Assembly: GCA_041674105.1 (NCBI GenBank)
Contig: JBAYWK010000001.1
Coordinates: 82,190-146,189 of the forward strand
DNA length: 64,000 nt
Direction: 5' to 3'
Source of the DNA: Minisyncoccota bacterium
Lineage (GTDB): Bacteria > Patescibacteriota > Minisyncoccia > Phycocordibacterales > DATDWN01
A program made the translations under genes and the position numbers. Below, piece by piece: positions 28,686 through 39,551 of the stretch (positions are counted from its first letter, which is position 1; the number at the start of each line of letters is the position of its first letter). Below the pieces are notes generated by a model. The model made no database searches. It saw nothing but the letters and a program-made list of their open reading frames with translations, and had not been told where the DNA came from.

Positions 28686-30485
28686 TTAATTTGGAATTAA
28701 CACTACTGTCTGACTTTGCCAATTATTTGAAATATCTACAGAAACATCTTGTGACTCATAGCCCACCTTAGAAAGAGATAGGGTATATCCCCCACTTGGA
28801 AGTGATGAAAAATATACTTGACCAGGAGGAGTACAAGAAGAAGTAAAAGTAAAAGCTATATCGGATATATTTGGTGTTGTCGCAATAGAAGATGAAAATA
28901 AACTTATTTTATATCTCAAATATCGTGAATTTGAATGAGATGAATGTAAGTTTTTATCCAAAGAAGTGTAATAACTACTTCCTGTACCGTCTGGGCCAAT
29001 AAAATTCCAAGTTCCACCGTCATTATTTGTGGCTATCTGAACACGGATAGGTTCTGGGTCACTTGGATTGTTCACTGGTTGACCTGTTGGGTTCCAATAC
29101 AAATTATTTAGATTACTAGAAACCCCCAAATCAAAAGAAGAAGAAGTGATTTCTCCATTAAGAACATATTCTCCAAATATTTTTTTCAAAGTAATATCTC
29201 CAGCAGGATTATTGACCTCTAAATTACCATCTGATAACAAATATCTTGTTAAATCCGTAGAGGTAGCTTGGCCTGAACCGGAAGACCAATCTGTCTGCAC
29301 TTTAAAACCTTGTCCTGTTATTTTTGATTCATCAAATCCGGTTTTAGATAATCTGACAGAAACATCAGAGAGAGGTAAGCCAGTAACGCTATCTTTGACG
29401 ATCACTAAAAGAGTTTTTGGATCTTTTGGTTCAACTATTAAGCTAAGATCCGTAGTGCTATTTGGTTCTATGAGCAAAGGAGCTATTGGGTTATACCCTA
29501 TCAGGTCATAGTTACTATCATTTAGTAATATAGAATATGTATCCCATTCTATATTATTTAAACTGTTCAAACCGCTAGAGTTTGTTTGTCCATTATAAGA
29601 ATATTTGATTATATCTGGAGAAGTCCCGATAAGTTTTGAACCCAAAACACTAAAACCAACGTTAGAAACATCTGAACAAGTATTTGTTTTTGAATAAACA
29701 TTTATCGTGCTCAAACGATCTATAACAAAACTAACCTGAGTAACTTGCCCGACCAATACGGTTGCATATGGTTTTGTAGGATTTGGGTTGGGTATGCTAG
29801 TAGGGTAAGTTTTGTCTGTAGAATAACCGGCTTTTGTGACTGTCACTTCATAAGCTTCAGCTCCAGGAGGAGCATCAACAATCTGCAACAAACCTTGATT
29901 ATTTGTAACATCATCTATAGAAATTGGAGGATTTATAAGATTGTTCTCAATATGAACCAAAGCTCCTTGTATAGGATTGCCGTAAGCATCAAAAACTTTA
30001 ATAAACAAAGCTCCGTTTGTAGATGCTGTCTCTAAATTTTTTGGCGAAACCCTTGTCGTCACAGCAATTGGAGTAAAGTTTTTACATAAAGAACAATCTA
30101 CCTCAATTTCCACAAGTTTATAATCTGCTGGAGAAAGATCATTTGGACTTCCCCCAAATGTACCATCAAAAGGATCGTCAACATTTCTAACTGTGGTCAA
30201 AACAGAAAAATTATAATCTCCTCTTTTTAAATTTTGACTATAGGTCAAAATCCCAGTTGGAATACTCCCACTTACTCCAACATCTGAATAAGATAAATTT
30301 CTTATTATTTCAAATTGTTCATTTACTAAATCTGTAGCTACTATCTTTGCCTCACTAGCCCTCACAACATCAAAAATAGAAATGTAGCTACTATAAACAG
30401 AAACAATGATTACCAGAAAAACAGCTACACCGACAATAAGTTCAACTAAAGTAAATCCTTTTTTGTTTTTTGGTAATCTAATCAT
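28686..30485 (-). CDS. Large prepilin (PilV-like) with carboxypeptidase-regulatory-like beta-sandwich repeats
   Basis: KGFTLVEL; YEVTVTKAGY, VKDSVTGLPL, YTLSLSKVGY. Confidence 0.85.
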   Translation of the reverse strand: MIRLPKNKKGFTLVELIVGVAVFLVIIVSVYSSYISIFDVVRASEAKIVATDLVNEQFEIIRNLSYSDVGVSGSIPTGILTYSQNLKRGDYNFSVLTTVRNVDDPFDGTFGGSPNDLSPADYKLVEIEVDCSLCKNFTPIAVTTRVSPKNLETASTNGALFIKVFDAYGNPIQGALVHIENNLINPPISIDDVTNNQGLLQIVDAPPGAEAYEVTVTKAGYSTDKTYPTSIPNPNPTKPYATVLVGQVTQVSFVIDRLSTINVYSKTNTCSDVSNVGFSVLGSKLIGTSPDIIKYSYNGQTNSSGLNSLNNIEWDTYSILLNDSNYDLIGYNPIAPLLIEPNSTTDLSLIVEPKDPKTLLVIVKDSVTGLPLSDVSVRLSKTGFDESKITGQGFKVQTDWSSGSGQATSTDLTRYLLSDGNLEVNNPAGDITLKKIFGEYVLNGEITSSSFDLGVSSNLNNLYWNPTGQPVNNPSDPEPIRVQIATNNDGGTWNFIGPDGTGSSYYTSLDKNLHSSHSNSRYLRYKISLFSSSIATTPNISDIAFTFTSSCTPPGQVYFSSLPSGGYTLSLSKVGYESQDVSVDISNNWQSQTVVLIPN

Positions 30486-30514
30486 AATTAAAATCTGAAA
30501 CCAAAATATAAAAA

Positions 30515-31729
30515 CTACAGAGCATCTGCAAGAGAGTAAGTTGGAGCAAGCATTGATATAGCAAAAATACCCACGGCAGTTCCTATGACGATCATAAGTA
30601 AAGGCTCTATAACTGATGAAAGATCTTTTGTTTTTTGATCTACTTCTTCTTCATAAAAAGTAGCTACTCCTAAAAGCATTTCTCCTATCTTTCCAGTTTC
30701 CTCACCCACAGAAACCATTTCACCAACAAACAACGGGTACAAATTATCGTGAGAAAGAAATATATTGGAAATCTGTTCTCCTTTTTCTATAGCGGTTTCT
30801 ATTTCTGTCAAAACATTTTTATAATAAGAGTTTTGAATAACCTCTTTTGTAACCCCTATAGCAACAACAATATCTACTCCAGAAGAAATCAATGATGATA
30901 AAGTCCTAGCCGTACGAGCAGAATTCATTTGCTTTACCATCTCACCTATTATTGGAATACGTAGAGAGACTGTATCCAACATTATTTTCCCCATATTTGT
31001 TCTAAACCACAGAACTAGACCCACGATTAAAGCTAAAGTGCCCAATATGACAAAAAGAAAATAACCTTTGAGAAAATTACTAATCATAATAATTATTCTG
31101 GTAGACAAAGGTAGCTCAACACCAAGACCTGTAAAAGTCTCAGTCAAAGTAGGCACCATATAAACCATCATAAGCACAGCTATGACAATCATAAGTGAAA
31201 ATATAACAGCTGGATACATCATAGCTCCCTTAATTTTTTTAGTTAAAAGATATGTCTTCTCCATCTGCATACTGATATTTTTCAAAGCCAAAGAAAGATT
31301 TCCCGACTCTTCTCCAGCACTTACCATAGAAACAAATAATGTAGAGAAAATTTTTGGATGTCTAGACATTGAATCACTCAGAGTGTTTCCTTTACTTAAA
31401 GAATCCTGAAGATCGGCCAGAGTCTTTTTTAATGTTCCTTTTTTAGCTTGTCTTTCCATAATAGAAAGACCTCTAGTTATTGGAAGTCCTGCATCTATCA
31501 TTTGACTTAAATTTCTAGCAAAAACTATTTTATCGTGCATCTTAACAGAACTAAACAAAGAGATTTCCATTCTAAAAGAGAAAGCTTTTTTAGAGACTTC
31601 TCTGACAGAAACAACTCTGTCTCCCCTATCTTTTATCAACTCATAAACTTCATACTTATTACCAAACTCAACAGTATCCTCTACTGTGTTTCCTTCTTCA
31701 TCTATAGATTTGTAATAAAATAATGCCAT
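30515..31729 (-). CDS. pilC: Type IV pilus platform protein PilC (T2SS F family)
   Basis: AGEESGNL, AMMYP, VGEETG, IEPLL. Confidence 0.93.
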   Translation of the reverse strand: MALFYYKSIDEEGNTVEDTVEFGNKYEVYELIKDRGDRVVSVREVSKKAFSFRMEISLFSSVKMHDKIVFARNLSQMIDAGLPITRGLSIMERQAKKGTLKKTLADLQDSLSKGNTLSDSMSRHPKIFSTLFVSMVSAGEESGNLSLALKNISMQMEKTYLLTKKIKGAMMYPAVIFSLMIVIAVLMMVYMVPTLTETFTGLGVELPLSTRIIIMISNFLKGYFLFVILGTLALIVGLVLWFRTNMGKIMLDTVSLRIPIIGEMVKQMNSARTARTLSSLISSGVDIVVAIGVTKEVIQNSYYKNVLTEIETAIEKGEQISNIFLSHDNLYPLFVGEMVSVGEETGKIGEMLLGVATFYEEEVDQKTKDLSSVIEPLLMIVIGTAVGIFAISMLAPTYSLADAL

Positions 31730-31734
31730 AAAAA

Positions 31735-33489
31735 TTATTCTGATATAACACGCAAGACTTCTTCTATTGTTGTAACTCCTTGAACAGCTTTAAATATACC
31801 GTCCTCTAGCATTGTCAACATACCTTCTGACTCTGCCTGCTTTTGAATATCATCGGAAGTACCATTCTTTATAATTATTTCTTTTATTGCTGGAGAAACT
31901 TTTAAAACTTCATGAATTCCAATTCTACTCAAATACCATTCTTCAGCTGGGACATTTTTCTTTGGCCTCCAAAAATAAACATCTGCCCATTTATCAGATT
32001 TATTTATTATTTTTTCTTCTTTTAAGACATCTAATATTTTGTCTAGGTTAACAGATTTACCCAAAGTTTTTATTTCTGATTCTGTTAACTGGTATTTTTC
32101 TTTTTGATCAGAGAGTCTTCTTATAAGTCTCTGGGCAATAATTATATTTATTGTAGAAACAAGCAAGAAAGGCTCGACCTTCATATCCATAAGTCTTGGT
32201 ATAGCTCCAGCCGCAGAGTTTGTGTGCAGAGTTGAAAGAACTACGTGACCAGTAAGAGAAGCGTTCACAGCAAGAGAGGCTGTCTCATTATCTCGAATCT
32301 CACCGACCATAATAATATCTGGGTCTTGTCTAACTAAAGTCCTCATACCGTTAGCAAATGTAAAATTAATATCTGGTCTAACTTGAGTTTGATTTATTCT
32401 TTTCATCTGATACTCAACAGGATCCTCTATTGTAGAAATGTTTACATCTGGAGTATTTAAAATATCCAAAATAGTATATAAAGTTGTAGTTTTTCCAGAG
32501 CCAGTTGGACCTGTAGTCAAAATCATACCCGTAGTAGATTTTAGAGATTTATGTATCCTCTCCAAACCTTCACCATGAAAACCAAGCCCCTCTAAAGTAA
32601 AGCCTGACACGGTTTCCCTAAGGAGTCTCATAACAGTTTTTTCTCCATAATAAGTCGGTAGTGTAGAAACACGAAAAGAAACTTTTTCCCCATTCATATC
32701 TATTTTAAAACGACCATCTTGTGGAAGTCTTTTTTCATCCAACTTTAAACTAGATAGGACTTTTATTCTGGCTGTAATACTAGAAGAAACATTTTTGGGT
32801 AAAATCATAGCATCGTGGAGTATTCCATCTATTCTATATCTAACCAAAAGTTCATTCTCTTGTGGCTCTATATGAATATCAGACGCATCTTGTAAAATTG
32901 CGTGTTTCAAAAGAGTATCTACAATACGAACAACAGGGACATCATCTGCCCTCTTCTTGAGATCTTGTTCTGAAACATCTTCCTCGGAATTTTCATCTGG
33001 AATACTTTTTAGAGAAATAACATCCTTTTGTATCAACTCCCCAAACTCAGCTTTCAAACTTTTCTGATACTGCAAAAGAACATTCTTCATTGACTCACTA
33101 TCTGTCAGTCTGGGAAGAATTTTTAGACCAACTTTTTTCTTTACAAAATCAATAGCAGTCAAATCCTCTGTATCAAGCATAGCGACCTCTAGAGAAGAGT
33201 CTGTTTTTTTGAAAGCCACGATATTGTGATTTCTAGCAATTGGCTCAGGAATAAGAGATAAAACCTCGAAAGGAATCTTTTCTAATTTTAAATCAACAAA
33301 AGGAATACCCAAAATATAAGCTTGCATTCTCCTTAAATCATTTTCAGTAAGTTTCCCGTCATTTACCAAAAGCTTCCCAATACTCTCTCCAGAATCTTTA
33401 TGTTTTTTTTCGGCATCCAAAACATCGGCTCTTGAAACAAGGCCTGAATCTAAAATAAAATCTTTTAATTGTGATTCTTCAATGTGCAT
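31735..33489 (-). CDS. pilB: Type IV pilus assembly ATPase PilB/GspE
   Basis: ASDIHIEP, RLPQDGR, GPTGSGKTTT, RQDPDIIMVGEIRD, LSTLHTN. Confidence 0.95.
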   Translation of the reverse strand: MHIEESQLKDFILDSGLVSRADVLDAEKKHKDSGESIGKLLVNDGKLTENDLRRMQAYILGIPFVDLKLEKIPFEVLSLIPEPIARNHNIVAFKKTDSSLEVAMLDTEDLTAIDFVKKKVGLKILPRLTDSESMKNVLLQYQKSLKAEFGELIQKDVISLKSIPDENSEEDVSEQDLKKRADDVPVVRIVDTLLKHAILQDASDIHIEPQENELLVRYRIDGILHDAMILPKNVSSSITARIKVLSSLKLDEKRLPQDGRFKIDMNGEKVSFRVSTLPTYYGEKTVMRLLRETVSGFTLEGLGFHGEGLERIHKSLKSTTGMILTTGPTGSGKTTTLYTILDILNTPDVNISTIEDPVEYQMKRINQTQVRPDINFTFANGMRTLVRQDPDIIMVGEIRDNETASLAVNASLTGHVVLSTLHTNSAAGAIPRLMDMKVEPFLLVSTINIIIAQRLIRRLSDQKEKYQLTESEIKTLGKSVNLDKILDVLKEEKIINKSDKWADVYFWRPKKNVPAEEWYLSRIGIHEVLKVSPAIKEIIIKNGTSDDIQKQAESEGMLTMLEDGIFKAVQGVTTIEEVLRVISE

Positions 33490-33692
33490 GGTGCTTTCAG
33501 ATTTTAAGTTTTTTCATCGTCCTCGATTTTTATAAAAAACTAAAATCTTATATTATGTAATCTTGTTTTTATTATATCAAAAAAACAAAAACTAAACTTA
33601 AATAATGTGTATAAATTAATAACTTTCTAAAAAAATTATGTGATTTGACAAAATTGTCCTGATTTGATAATATATACAGGTATTTGATATGA

Positions 33693-33720
33693 AGTTCGCC
33701 CAACGGCGGGCTAATTTTTT
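33693..33720 (+). promoter_or_regulatory. Attenuator-like hairpin plus U-run in the nusA leader
   Basis: AGTTCGCC-CAAC-GGCGGGCT then AATTTTTT; same position as the rimP-nusA leader terminators of other bacteria. Confidence 0.45.
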
Positions 33721-33783
33721 ACCAAAAATTAGGATTCGATAAAAATTAGAAAGCGTTAGTTAAAAGTCTGCAACAAAAATATT

Positions 33784-34932
33784 ATGTCTGATTTAAAAGT
33801 AATAAACTCTGTGTTGACCCAACTTGAAGAAGAAAGGGGCATACCACAAGAAAAAATAATAGAAGCAATAGAAATGGCTCTAGCCACTGCCTATAAAAAA
33901 GAGTATGGCAAAAAAGGTCAGATTGTTAGGGCTAAATTTGACCTAAATACAGGAAAAACTGAAATGTTTCAGGTTAAAATTGTAGTAGATGAATCTACTG
34001 TAGTAATAGACCCTGAAGATGATGTTGAAATACCGGAAGATAAAACTATCTATAACCCAGAACACCACATAATGATTGTGGATGCTAGAAGAATAAAAAA
34101 GGATGTTGAGCTAGGTGAAGAAATGATTTTTCCACTAGAACCTTATGATGATTATGGAAGAATTGCTGCTCAAACAGCAAAACAAGTAATTATGCAAAAA
34201 ATAAGAGAGGCTGAGAAAGTTTCTGTCTTAGGTGAATACGGAAAAAAAGAAGGTGAAATTGTTTCCGGAACAGTCCAAAGAATAGAAAGAGGTAATATTT
34301 TCGTTGATATGGGCCGTGCCACAGGTATACTCCCCTACGAAGAACAAATACCAGGTGAAAGATTTGGTCAAGGAGAAAGAATAAGAGCTTATCTTTATAA
34401 AGTTGAAGAAAATATAAAAGGAATATTCCTTAGACTTTCTAGATCTCACCCTAAATTCCTAGAGAAACTCTTTGAAACAGAGTCTCCTGAAATAGCCAAC
34501 GGAACTGTGGTTATAAAATCTATCGCTAGAGAAGCAGGTAGTAGAACAAAAGTAGCTGTTTACTCAGAAGACGAACATATTGATCCTGTTGGATCTATGG
34601 TTGGCCAAAGAGGAGTCAGGGTAGCTACAGTAATGAGCGAAATAGGTGGAGAAAAAATAGACATCATAGAATGGTCAGAAGATCCTAAAAAATTCATAGA
34701 AGATGCTCTTTCTCCTGCAAAAATACTATCTGTTGAACTAGATGAGGTTGAAAAACAAGCTCATATAGAGGTTTCAGAAGACCAGCAATCTTTAGCTATT
34801 GGTAAAGGAGGTCAGAATGTCCGCCTAGCAGCCAAATTAACTGGTTGGAAGATAGATATAAAATCTTTAGCGTCAGAGATAAAAGATAAAGAAGAAAAAA
34901 AAGATTATTCCACTGAAGATTCAGACGAATAA
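33784..34932 (+). CDS. nusA: Transcription termination/antitermination factor NusA
   Basis: GRIAAQTAKQVI, AREAGSRTKVAV, SLAIGKGGQNVRLA. Confidence 0.98.
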   Translation: MSDLKVINSVLTQLEEERGIPQEKIIEAIEMALATAYKKEYGKKGQIVRAKFDLNTGKTEMFQVKIVVDESTVVIDPEDDVEIPEDKTIYNPEHHIMIVDARRIKKDVELGEEMIFPLEPYDDYGRIAAQTAKQVIMQKIREAEKVSVLGEYGKKEGEIVSGTVQRIERGNIFVDMGRATGILPYEEQIPGERFGQGERIRAYLYKVEENIKGIFLRLSRSHPKFLEKLFETESPEIANGTVVIKSIAREAGSRTKVAVYSEDEHIDPVGSMVGQRGVRVATVMSEIGGEKIDIIEWSEDPKKFIEDALSPAKILSVELDEVEKQAHIEVSEDQQSLAIGKGGQNVRLAAKLTGWKIDIKSLASEIKDKEEKKDYSTEDSDE

Positions 34933-34983
34933 TATACTTTTCGATAAATAATTTGTATACTAAGTGAACTAACATTAAAAAAT

Positions 34984-35496
34984 ATGAATTTACTAAAAGA
35001 TATACCTGCTGGAACAGTGGATGAAATGAATGTCATAGTAGAAATACGAAAAGGTTCTCATAATAAATATGAAATAGACAAACAAACTGGCCTAATCGCT
35101 CTAGACAGGGTTTATCACACCACCCAAGATACACCTTTTGATTATGGTTTTGTTCCTCAAACACTATGGGAAGACGGCGACCCCTTGGATGTCATAATCC
35201 TAACAACCTACCCATTAGATATTGGAATATTAGTAAAGGTTCGTCCAGTTGGACTAATGGATATGATAGATTCTGGAGAAGGAGATGCAAAAATAATAGC
35301 AGTGCCTGTATCTGATCCAAGATGGAATGATACAAAAGACCTAAGTGACATAAATAAACATATATTAAAAGAAATGGAGCATTATTTTACAACTTACAAA
35401 ATGCTTCAAGGCAAAGAGGTCATCATAAAAGGATTTGAAAACAAAGAGTCTGCTAAAAAAGCCTTTGAAAAAGCTATTCTTGCCTACAAGAGCTAA
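34984..35496 (+). CDS. ppa: Inorganic pyrophosphatase (family I)
   Basis: YGFVPQT..EDGDPLDV, DAKIIAV. Confidence 0.97.
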   Translation: MNLLKDIPAGTVDEMNVIVEIRKGSHNKYEIDKQTGLIALDRVYHTTQDTPFDYGFVPQTLWEDGDPLDVIILTTYPLDIGILVKVRPVGLMDMIDSGEGDAKIIAVPVSDPRWNDTKDLSDINKHILKEMEHYFTTYKMLQGKEVIIKGFENKESAKKAFEKAILAYKS

Positions 35497-35596
35497 ATAA
35501 ACTAAGAGGAAAAGAATACAAAAAACCCGTAAAGCATCTTTTGCTTGCGGGTTTTTAGGTGTATAATGTATATATTAACAGGTAAGCACGAAAATA

Positions 35597-36283
35597 ATGA
35601 AAATAATAATATCTTATGCATTAATTTCTTCTTTCATACTGTTTGGGTATGCCGGTTTTACCTATGCACAAGCGGATGTGACAGTTCAAACACAAACAGA
35701 AGTTAAAGATGGAGAAGAATTGAAATTTAGGAATGAATCCAGTGGTAGTGCATCTGTCAAAGCAAGGGCAGAACAAGAGAGAAAAGACCGACTAGAGCAG
35801 AAAAAAGCTGATTTTGCTGAGAACCAACAAGAAAGAAAAACTGAAAATCAAGAAAAAAAGGATGAAGTGAAAAAAGATAAAGTGGAGAGTAGAGAAACTT
35901 TAATAAAATTGAGAATGGAAAGTCATTTAAAACTTATAGTAGCTAGGTTTGAAGCCACAATAGAAAGACTTGGAAATATTATAGGAAGAGTTGAAAGTCG
36001 TATAAATAAAATGAAAGAAAATGGAGAAAATACAGAAAAAGCTGAAGCTTCTATTGTAGTGGCGAAAGAAAACCTACAGGAAGCAAAAGATTCTTTGGTA
36101 ATATTTAAAAATTCTGTAAATGCTGAAATAGGAACTCCAGCAGAAACACCTCTTGGAACAAAAATCTCTGAAATGAAAAAGCTCACAGAAGAAACAAAAA
36201 ATTATCTGAGAGAAAGCCACCAAGCAACGGTTCAGGCAGTAATTTATCTAAAGGCATCATCTACAGTAGAAACAACAAATTAA
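35597..36283 (+). CDS. Secreted coiled-coil protein
   Basis: Signal peptide ending TYA-Q; charged helical body. Confidence 0.75.
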   Translation: MKIIISYALISSFILFGYAGFTYAQADVTVQTQTEVKDGEELKFRNESSGSASVKARAEQERKDRLEQKKADFAENQQERKTENQEKKDEVKKDKVESRETLIKLRMESHLKLIVARFEATIERLGNIIGRVESRINKMKENGENTEKAEASIVVAKENLQEAKDSLVIFKNSVNAEIGTPAETPLGTKISEMKKLTEETKNYLRESHQATVQAVIYLKASSTVETTN

Positions 36284-36305
36284 TCATATAAGTAATAAAA
36301 ATATT

Positions 36306-36593
36306 ATGGAAGAAAACAAATCATCTATAGGGTCTATAATAGGAACAATCATAATAATCGCTTTGATTATTTTGGGAGGTTTGTATTTCTGGGGTAAAAA
36401 AATAGAAAACTCAAGAAATGCACAAGAACTAACATCAGAAGATGTAATGACTGACGAAGAAATAGCTGCTGAGTCAGACTCAATAAAACAAACAAACTCT
36501 TCTGACAGTATTCAATCTATAGAAACAGACCTGTCAGCAACGAATATAGATAATATTGATGCTGAACTAAATAGCCAAGCAGAACTACAATAA
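36306..36593 (+). CDS. Small single-pass membrane protein
   Basis: N-terminal TM IIGTIIIIALIILGGLYFW; acidic tail. Confidence 0.75.
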   Translation: MEENKSSIGSIIGTIIIIALIILGGLYFWGKKIENSRNAQELTSEDVMTDEEIAAESDSIKQTNSSDSIQSIETDLSATNIDNIDAELNSQAELQ

Positions 36594-36708
36594 TCTTAGT
36601 TACAGAAAAAAAGCAAAAAACACTCGTCATGAGTGTTTTTTGTTATACTTGCAAACAAACGGTCATTATTATAAAGTGAGCAAGTATTTAGACTTAGAAT
36701 ATAAAATT

Positions 36709-37782
36709 ATGTCACAAAGAAACTATACCAATATAAAATTAAATCCCCTACCAGAAAGAGAACTTGAAATTGTCGGATCTATTACTCTTGAAAAAATGAA
36801 CTCTGCCAGAGAAGAAGCTTTGAAAAAAATAGCCTCTAGCGTAGAAATAGATGGTTTTAGAAAAGGAAATGCCCCTATATCTGTGGTAGCTCAAAAAGTC
36901 GGTGAAATGAAAATACTAGAAGAAGCAGCTGAATCTGCTCTAAATGATGAATACCCTAAAATACTAGAGGAAAACAACATAGATGCAATAGGTAGACCAG
37001 AAATAACCATCACAAAAATAGCTCCTCAAAATCCACTGGAATTTAAAATAAAAACTGCCTTGATGCCTGAAATAAAACTGCCTGACTACAAAAAAATATC
37101 AAAAGAAGAATCAAACAAAAAACTAGAAAAAGTGGAAGTTTCAAATTTTGAAGTAGACGATATGATTTTAAATATCAGAAAAAATGTTTATCACCAAATG
37201 CTCCATCAAAATGAAGGTTTACATGAGCACGACCACAGCCACGGAGAAATAAAAGAGGAAGACCTACCAGAAATGAACAGTGATTTCCTAAAAATGATTG
37301 GTGATTTTAAAGATGTAGAAGATTTAAAAGTAAAAGTTAAAGAAAGTCTGGTCCAAGAAAAAGAACTGAAAGAAAAAGATAAGAAAAGAATAAATCTTCT
37401 TGAAAACATAATTGAAAAAGCAACTATAGAGATGCCGAAAATAATTATAGAAGGAGAATTGGATAAAATGATGGCTCAATTTAAAGATGACTTAGCTGGA
37501 TCCAATATCCTCCTAGAAGAATACCTGAAACAAATAAAGAAAACTGAAGAAGATTTAAGATCTGAGTGGAAAGAAACTGCTGTAAAAAGAGCAAAATCCC
37601 AAATAGTCTTAAACACAATCGCTAAAGAACAAGGTATAAAACCAGAAGAGGAAGATATAAAAAAAGAAATGGAACATATACTTTCTCACCACAAAGATGC
37701 AGAAAGATTTCGTGTCAGAATGTATGTAGAGACATTTATGACCAACGAGCTTGTGTTTAAATTTTTGGAGGAAGGAAAATAA
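36709..37782 (+). CDS. tig: Trigger factor lacking the FKBP PPIase domain
   Basis: DGFRKGNAP signature; N-domain joined to C-domain by a short His-rich linker; start at MSQRN. Confidence 0.92.
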   Translation: MSQRNYTNIKLNPLPERELEIVGSITLEKMNSAREEALKKIASSVEIDGFRKGNAPISVVAQKVGEMKILEEAAESALNDEYPKILEENNIDAIGRPEITITKIAPQNPLEFKIKTALMPEIKLPDYKKISKEESNKKLEKVEVSNFEVDDMILNIRKNVYHQMLHQNEGLHEHDHSHGEIKEEDLPEMNSDFLKMIGDFKDVEDLKVKVKESLVQEKELKEKDKKRINLLENIIEKATIEMPKIIIEGELDKMMAQFKDDLAGSNILLEEYLKQIKKTEEDLRSEWKETAVKRAKSQIVLNTIAKEQGIKPEEEDIKKEMEHILSHHKDAERFRVRMYVETFMTNELVFKFLEEGK

Positions 37783-37783
37783 T

Positions 37784-38491
37784 TTACCTCCCCAAAAGAA
37801 ACAAAGTAGCTACAGCCACGCTAGCAGTCTCTCCCCTTAGAACAAGAGATCCAAGAGAAAATATTTCTATTTTTTTATCCTTAAACATTTTTATTTCTTC
37901 TTCAGAAAATCCTCCTTCAGGACCAACAAAAATAAGAAAAGATCCTTCTCTATCTATAACTTCCCTATCGAGTAGCAAACCTTCAGGATGAAGGGCGATT
38001 ACATTTTGAAAATCAGACAAAAAAGAACTGTCTAAAAAATCTTTTAGATTCATAGGCTCGTTTACCATAGGTACATCACCCCTTCCAGATTGTTCAGAAG
38101 CTTCAAGAGCTATTTTTTTCGCTCTAGCAATATTTAAATTTTTCTTCTCACTTCTTTCAGAAATGATAGGTTGTATGAAAGAAACACCAAGTTCTGTAGC
38201 TTTTTGTATGACGAGTTCTATGTTCTCTTTTTTCAGAAGTGAAATAGCTAATCCGACACATCTAGAAATTTTTGGAGTTTTCTTTTTTGAAACAATAGTC
38301 AGGGTCGCGCCCAAATTCCTTAGACTAGAAATAAAAGCTAGATAATCATAACCAGAGCCATTAAAAACAACCACCTGACTACCGACGTTGTATCGAAAGA
38401 CATTTTTCCATTGATGGACAAGGTCTTTGTCGGTAATATCAACAGTTTCTCCTTCTATTTGTTTATCTATGTAAAACCTATGTAATCTCAT
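37784..38491 (-). CDS. rsmE: 16S rRNA m3U1498 methyltransferase
   Basis: QKATELGV, EASEQSGR, VGPEGGFS, LRGETA. Confidence 0.96.
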   Translation of the reverse strand: MRLHRFYIDKQIEGETVDITDKDLVHQWKNVFRYNVGSQVVVFNGSGYDYLAFISSLRNLGATLTIVSKKKTPKISRCVGLAISLLKKENIELVIQKATELGVSFIQPIISERSEKKNLNIARAKKIALEASEQSGRGDVPMVNEPMNLKDFLDSSFLSDFQNVIALHPEGLLLDREVIDREGSFLIFVGPEGGFSEEEIKMFKDKKIEIFSLGSLVLRGETASVAVATLFLLGR

Positions 38492-38606
38492 TAAAAATAG
38501 CTTACGTCAAATAAAGATAAAAGAAAAGCCTGAGGTGTGACAACCTCAGGCATAATACAAGGAGTATAACAACTCCGAGTTATAGAAAATAGAAGGACCT
38601 TGATCT

Positions 38607-38831
38607 CTAGAGATGCCCGTTGCCGTTTATCTGAGGAGATACCTTCCTCCTTCCCCCTCCTAGGTGATTTGCTCCCGAGTCACCCATTCCTTCAGAGCGG
38701 TGACTGTGGCACTCGTTTCCTTTATTGTAGATACTCAAAATGACGTTGCACCCAGGACGCCTACACCTCCTTCCTTCTTTTTGAGTAATACAAGCACCCT
38801 TCTTCGAAAAAAGCTCAGGTCTTACTGACAT
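38607..38831 (-). CDS. Small putative zinc-finger protein (C-x4-C...LSxYN...C-x2-H)
   Basis: RCRRPGCNVILSIYNKGNECHSH; SD-like GAAGGAAAGGA; TTGACA-18-TATAGT promoter; downstream hairpin. Confidence 0.6.
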   Translation of the reverse strand: MSVRPELFSKKGACITQKEGRRCRRPGCNVILSIYNKGNECHSHRSEGMGDSGANHLGGGRRKVSPQINGNGHL

Positions 38832-38978
38832 TGTTTTCCTTTCCTTCTAAACTATAAACCTTTTTAAAATTTATTGTCAAATATAAAATTGCCTAAAATG
38901 TTTTTTCTGTTATACTCATATAATAGTTAACAAGTAAACAATTGATTAAATTTTAACAAAATAACAAATAATAAAGAC

Positions 38979-39551
38979 ATGTTGATACCTACAGTAATAG
39001 AAAAATCACAATTTGGGGAGAGAGCATATGACATATTCTCTCGCCTACTTCGTGAAAATATAATTTTCCTAGATGGACCAATAGACGACCACACAGCAAA
39101 CCTAGTAATAGCTCAGCTTTTATTCCTACAATCAGAAGATCCTAAAAAAGATATTTCTTTTTATGTAAACTCTCCAGGAGGATCTGTTTCTGCTGGACTA
39201 GCTATAGTAGACACAATGAACCACATAAAAAATGATGTTTCTACTGTTTGTGTAGGAATTGCTGCTTCTATGGGAGCTATCATACTTTCTGCTGGTAAAA
39301 AAGGAAAAAGGTTTGCGTTGCCAAATGCTGAAGTAATGATCCACCAACCTCTACTTAGGGGTCTTGAGGGACAAGCTTCAGATATTGAGATATCTGCTAG
39401 AAATATAATAAAAACTAGAGAAAATTTATACAAAATGCTCTCAAAAAATACAGGTCAGACTCTTTCAAAAATAGAAAAAGATGCAGACAGAGACTTCTTT
39501 ATGTCAGCCGAAGAATCCAAAAAATACGGAATTATAGACAAGATACTTTAG
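38979..39551 (+). CDS. clpP: ATP-dependent Clp protease proteolytic subunit
   Basis: YVNSPGG, AASMGA, MIHQP, DRDFFM. Confidence 0.98.
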   Translation: MLIPTVIEKSQFGERAYDIFSRLLRENIIFLDGPIDDHTANLVIAQLLFLQSEDPKKDISFYVNSPGGSVSAGLAIVDTMNHIKNDVSTVCVGIAASMGAIILSAGKKGKRFALPNAEVMIHQPLLRGLEGQASDIEISARNIIKTRENLYKMLSKNTGQTLSKIEKDADRDFFMSAEESKKYGIIDKIL

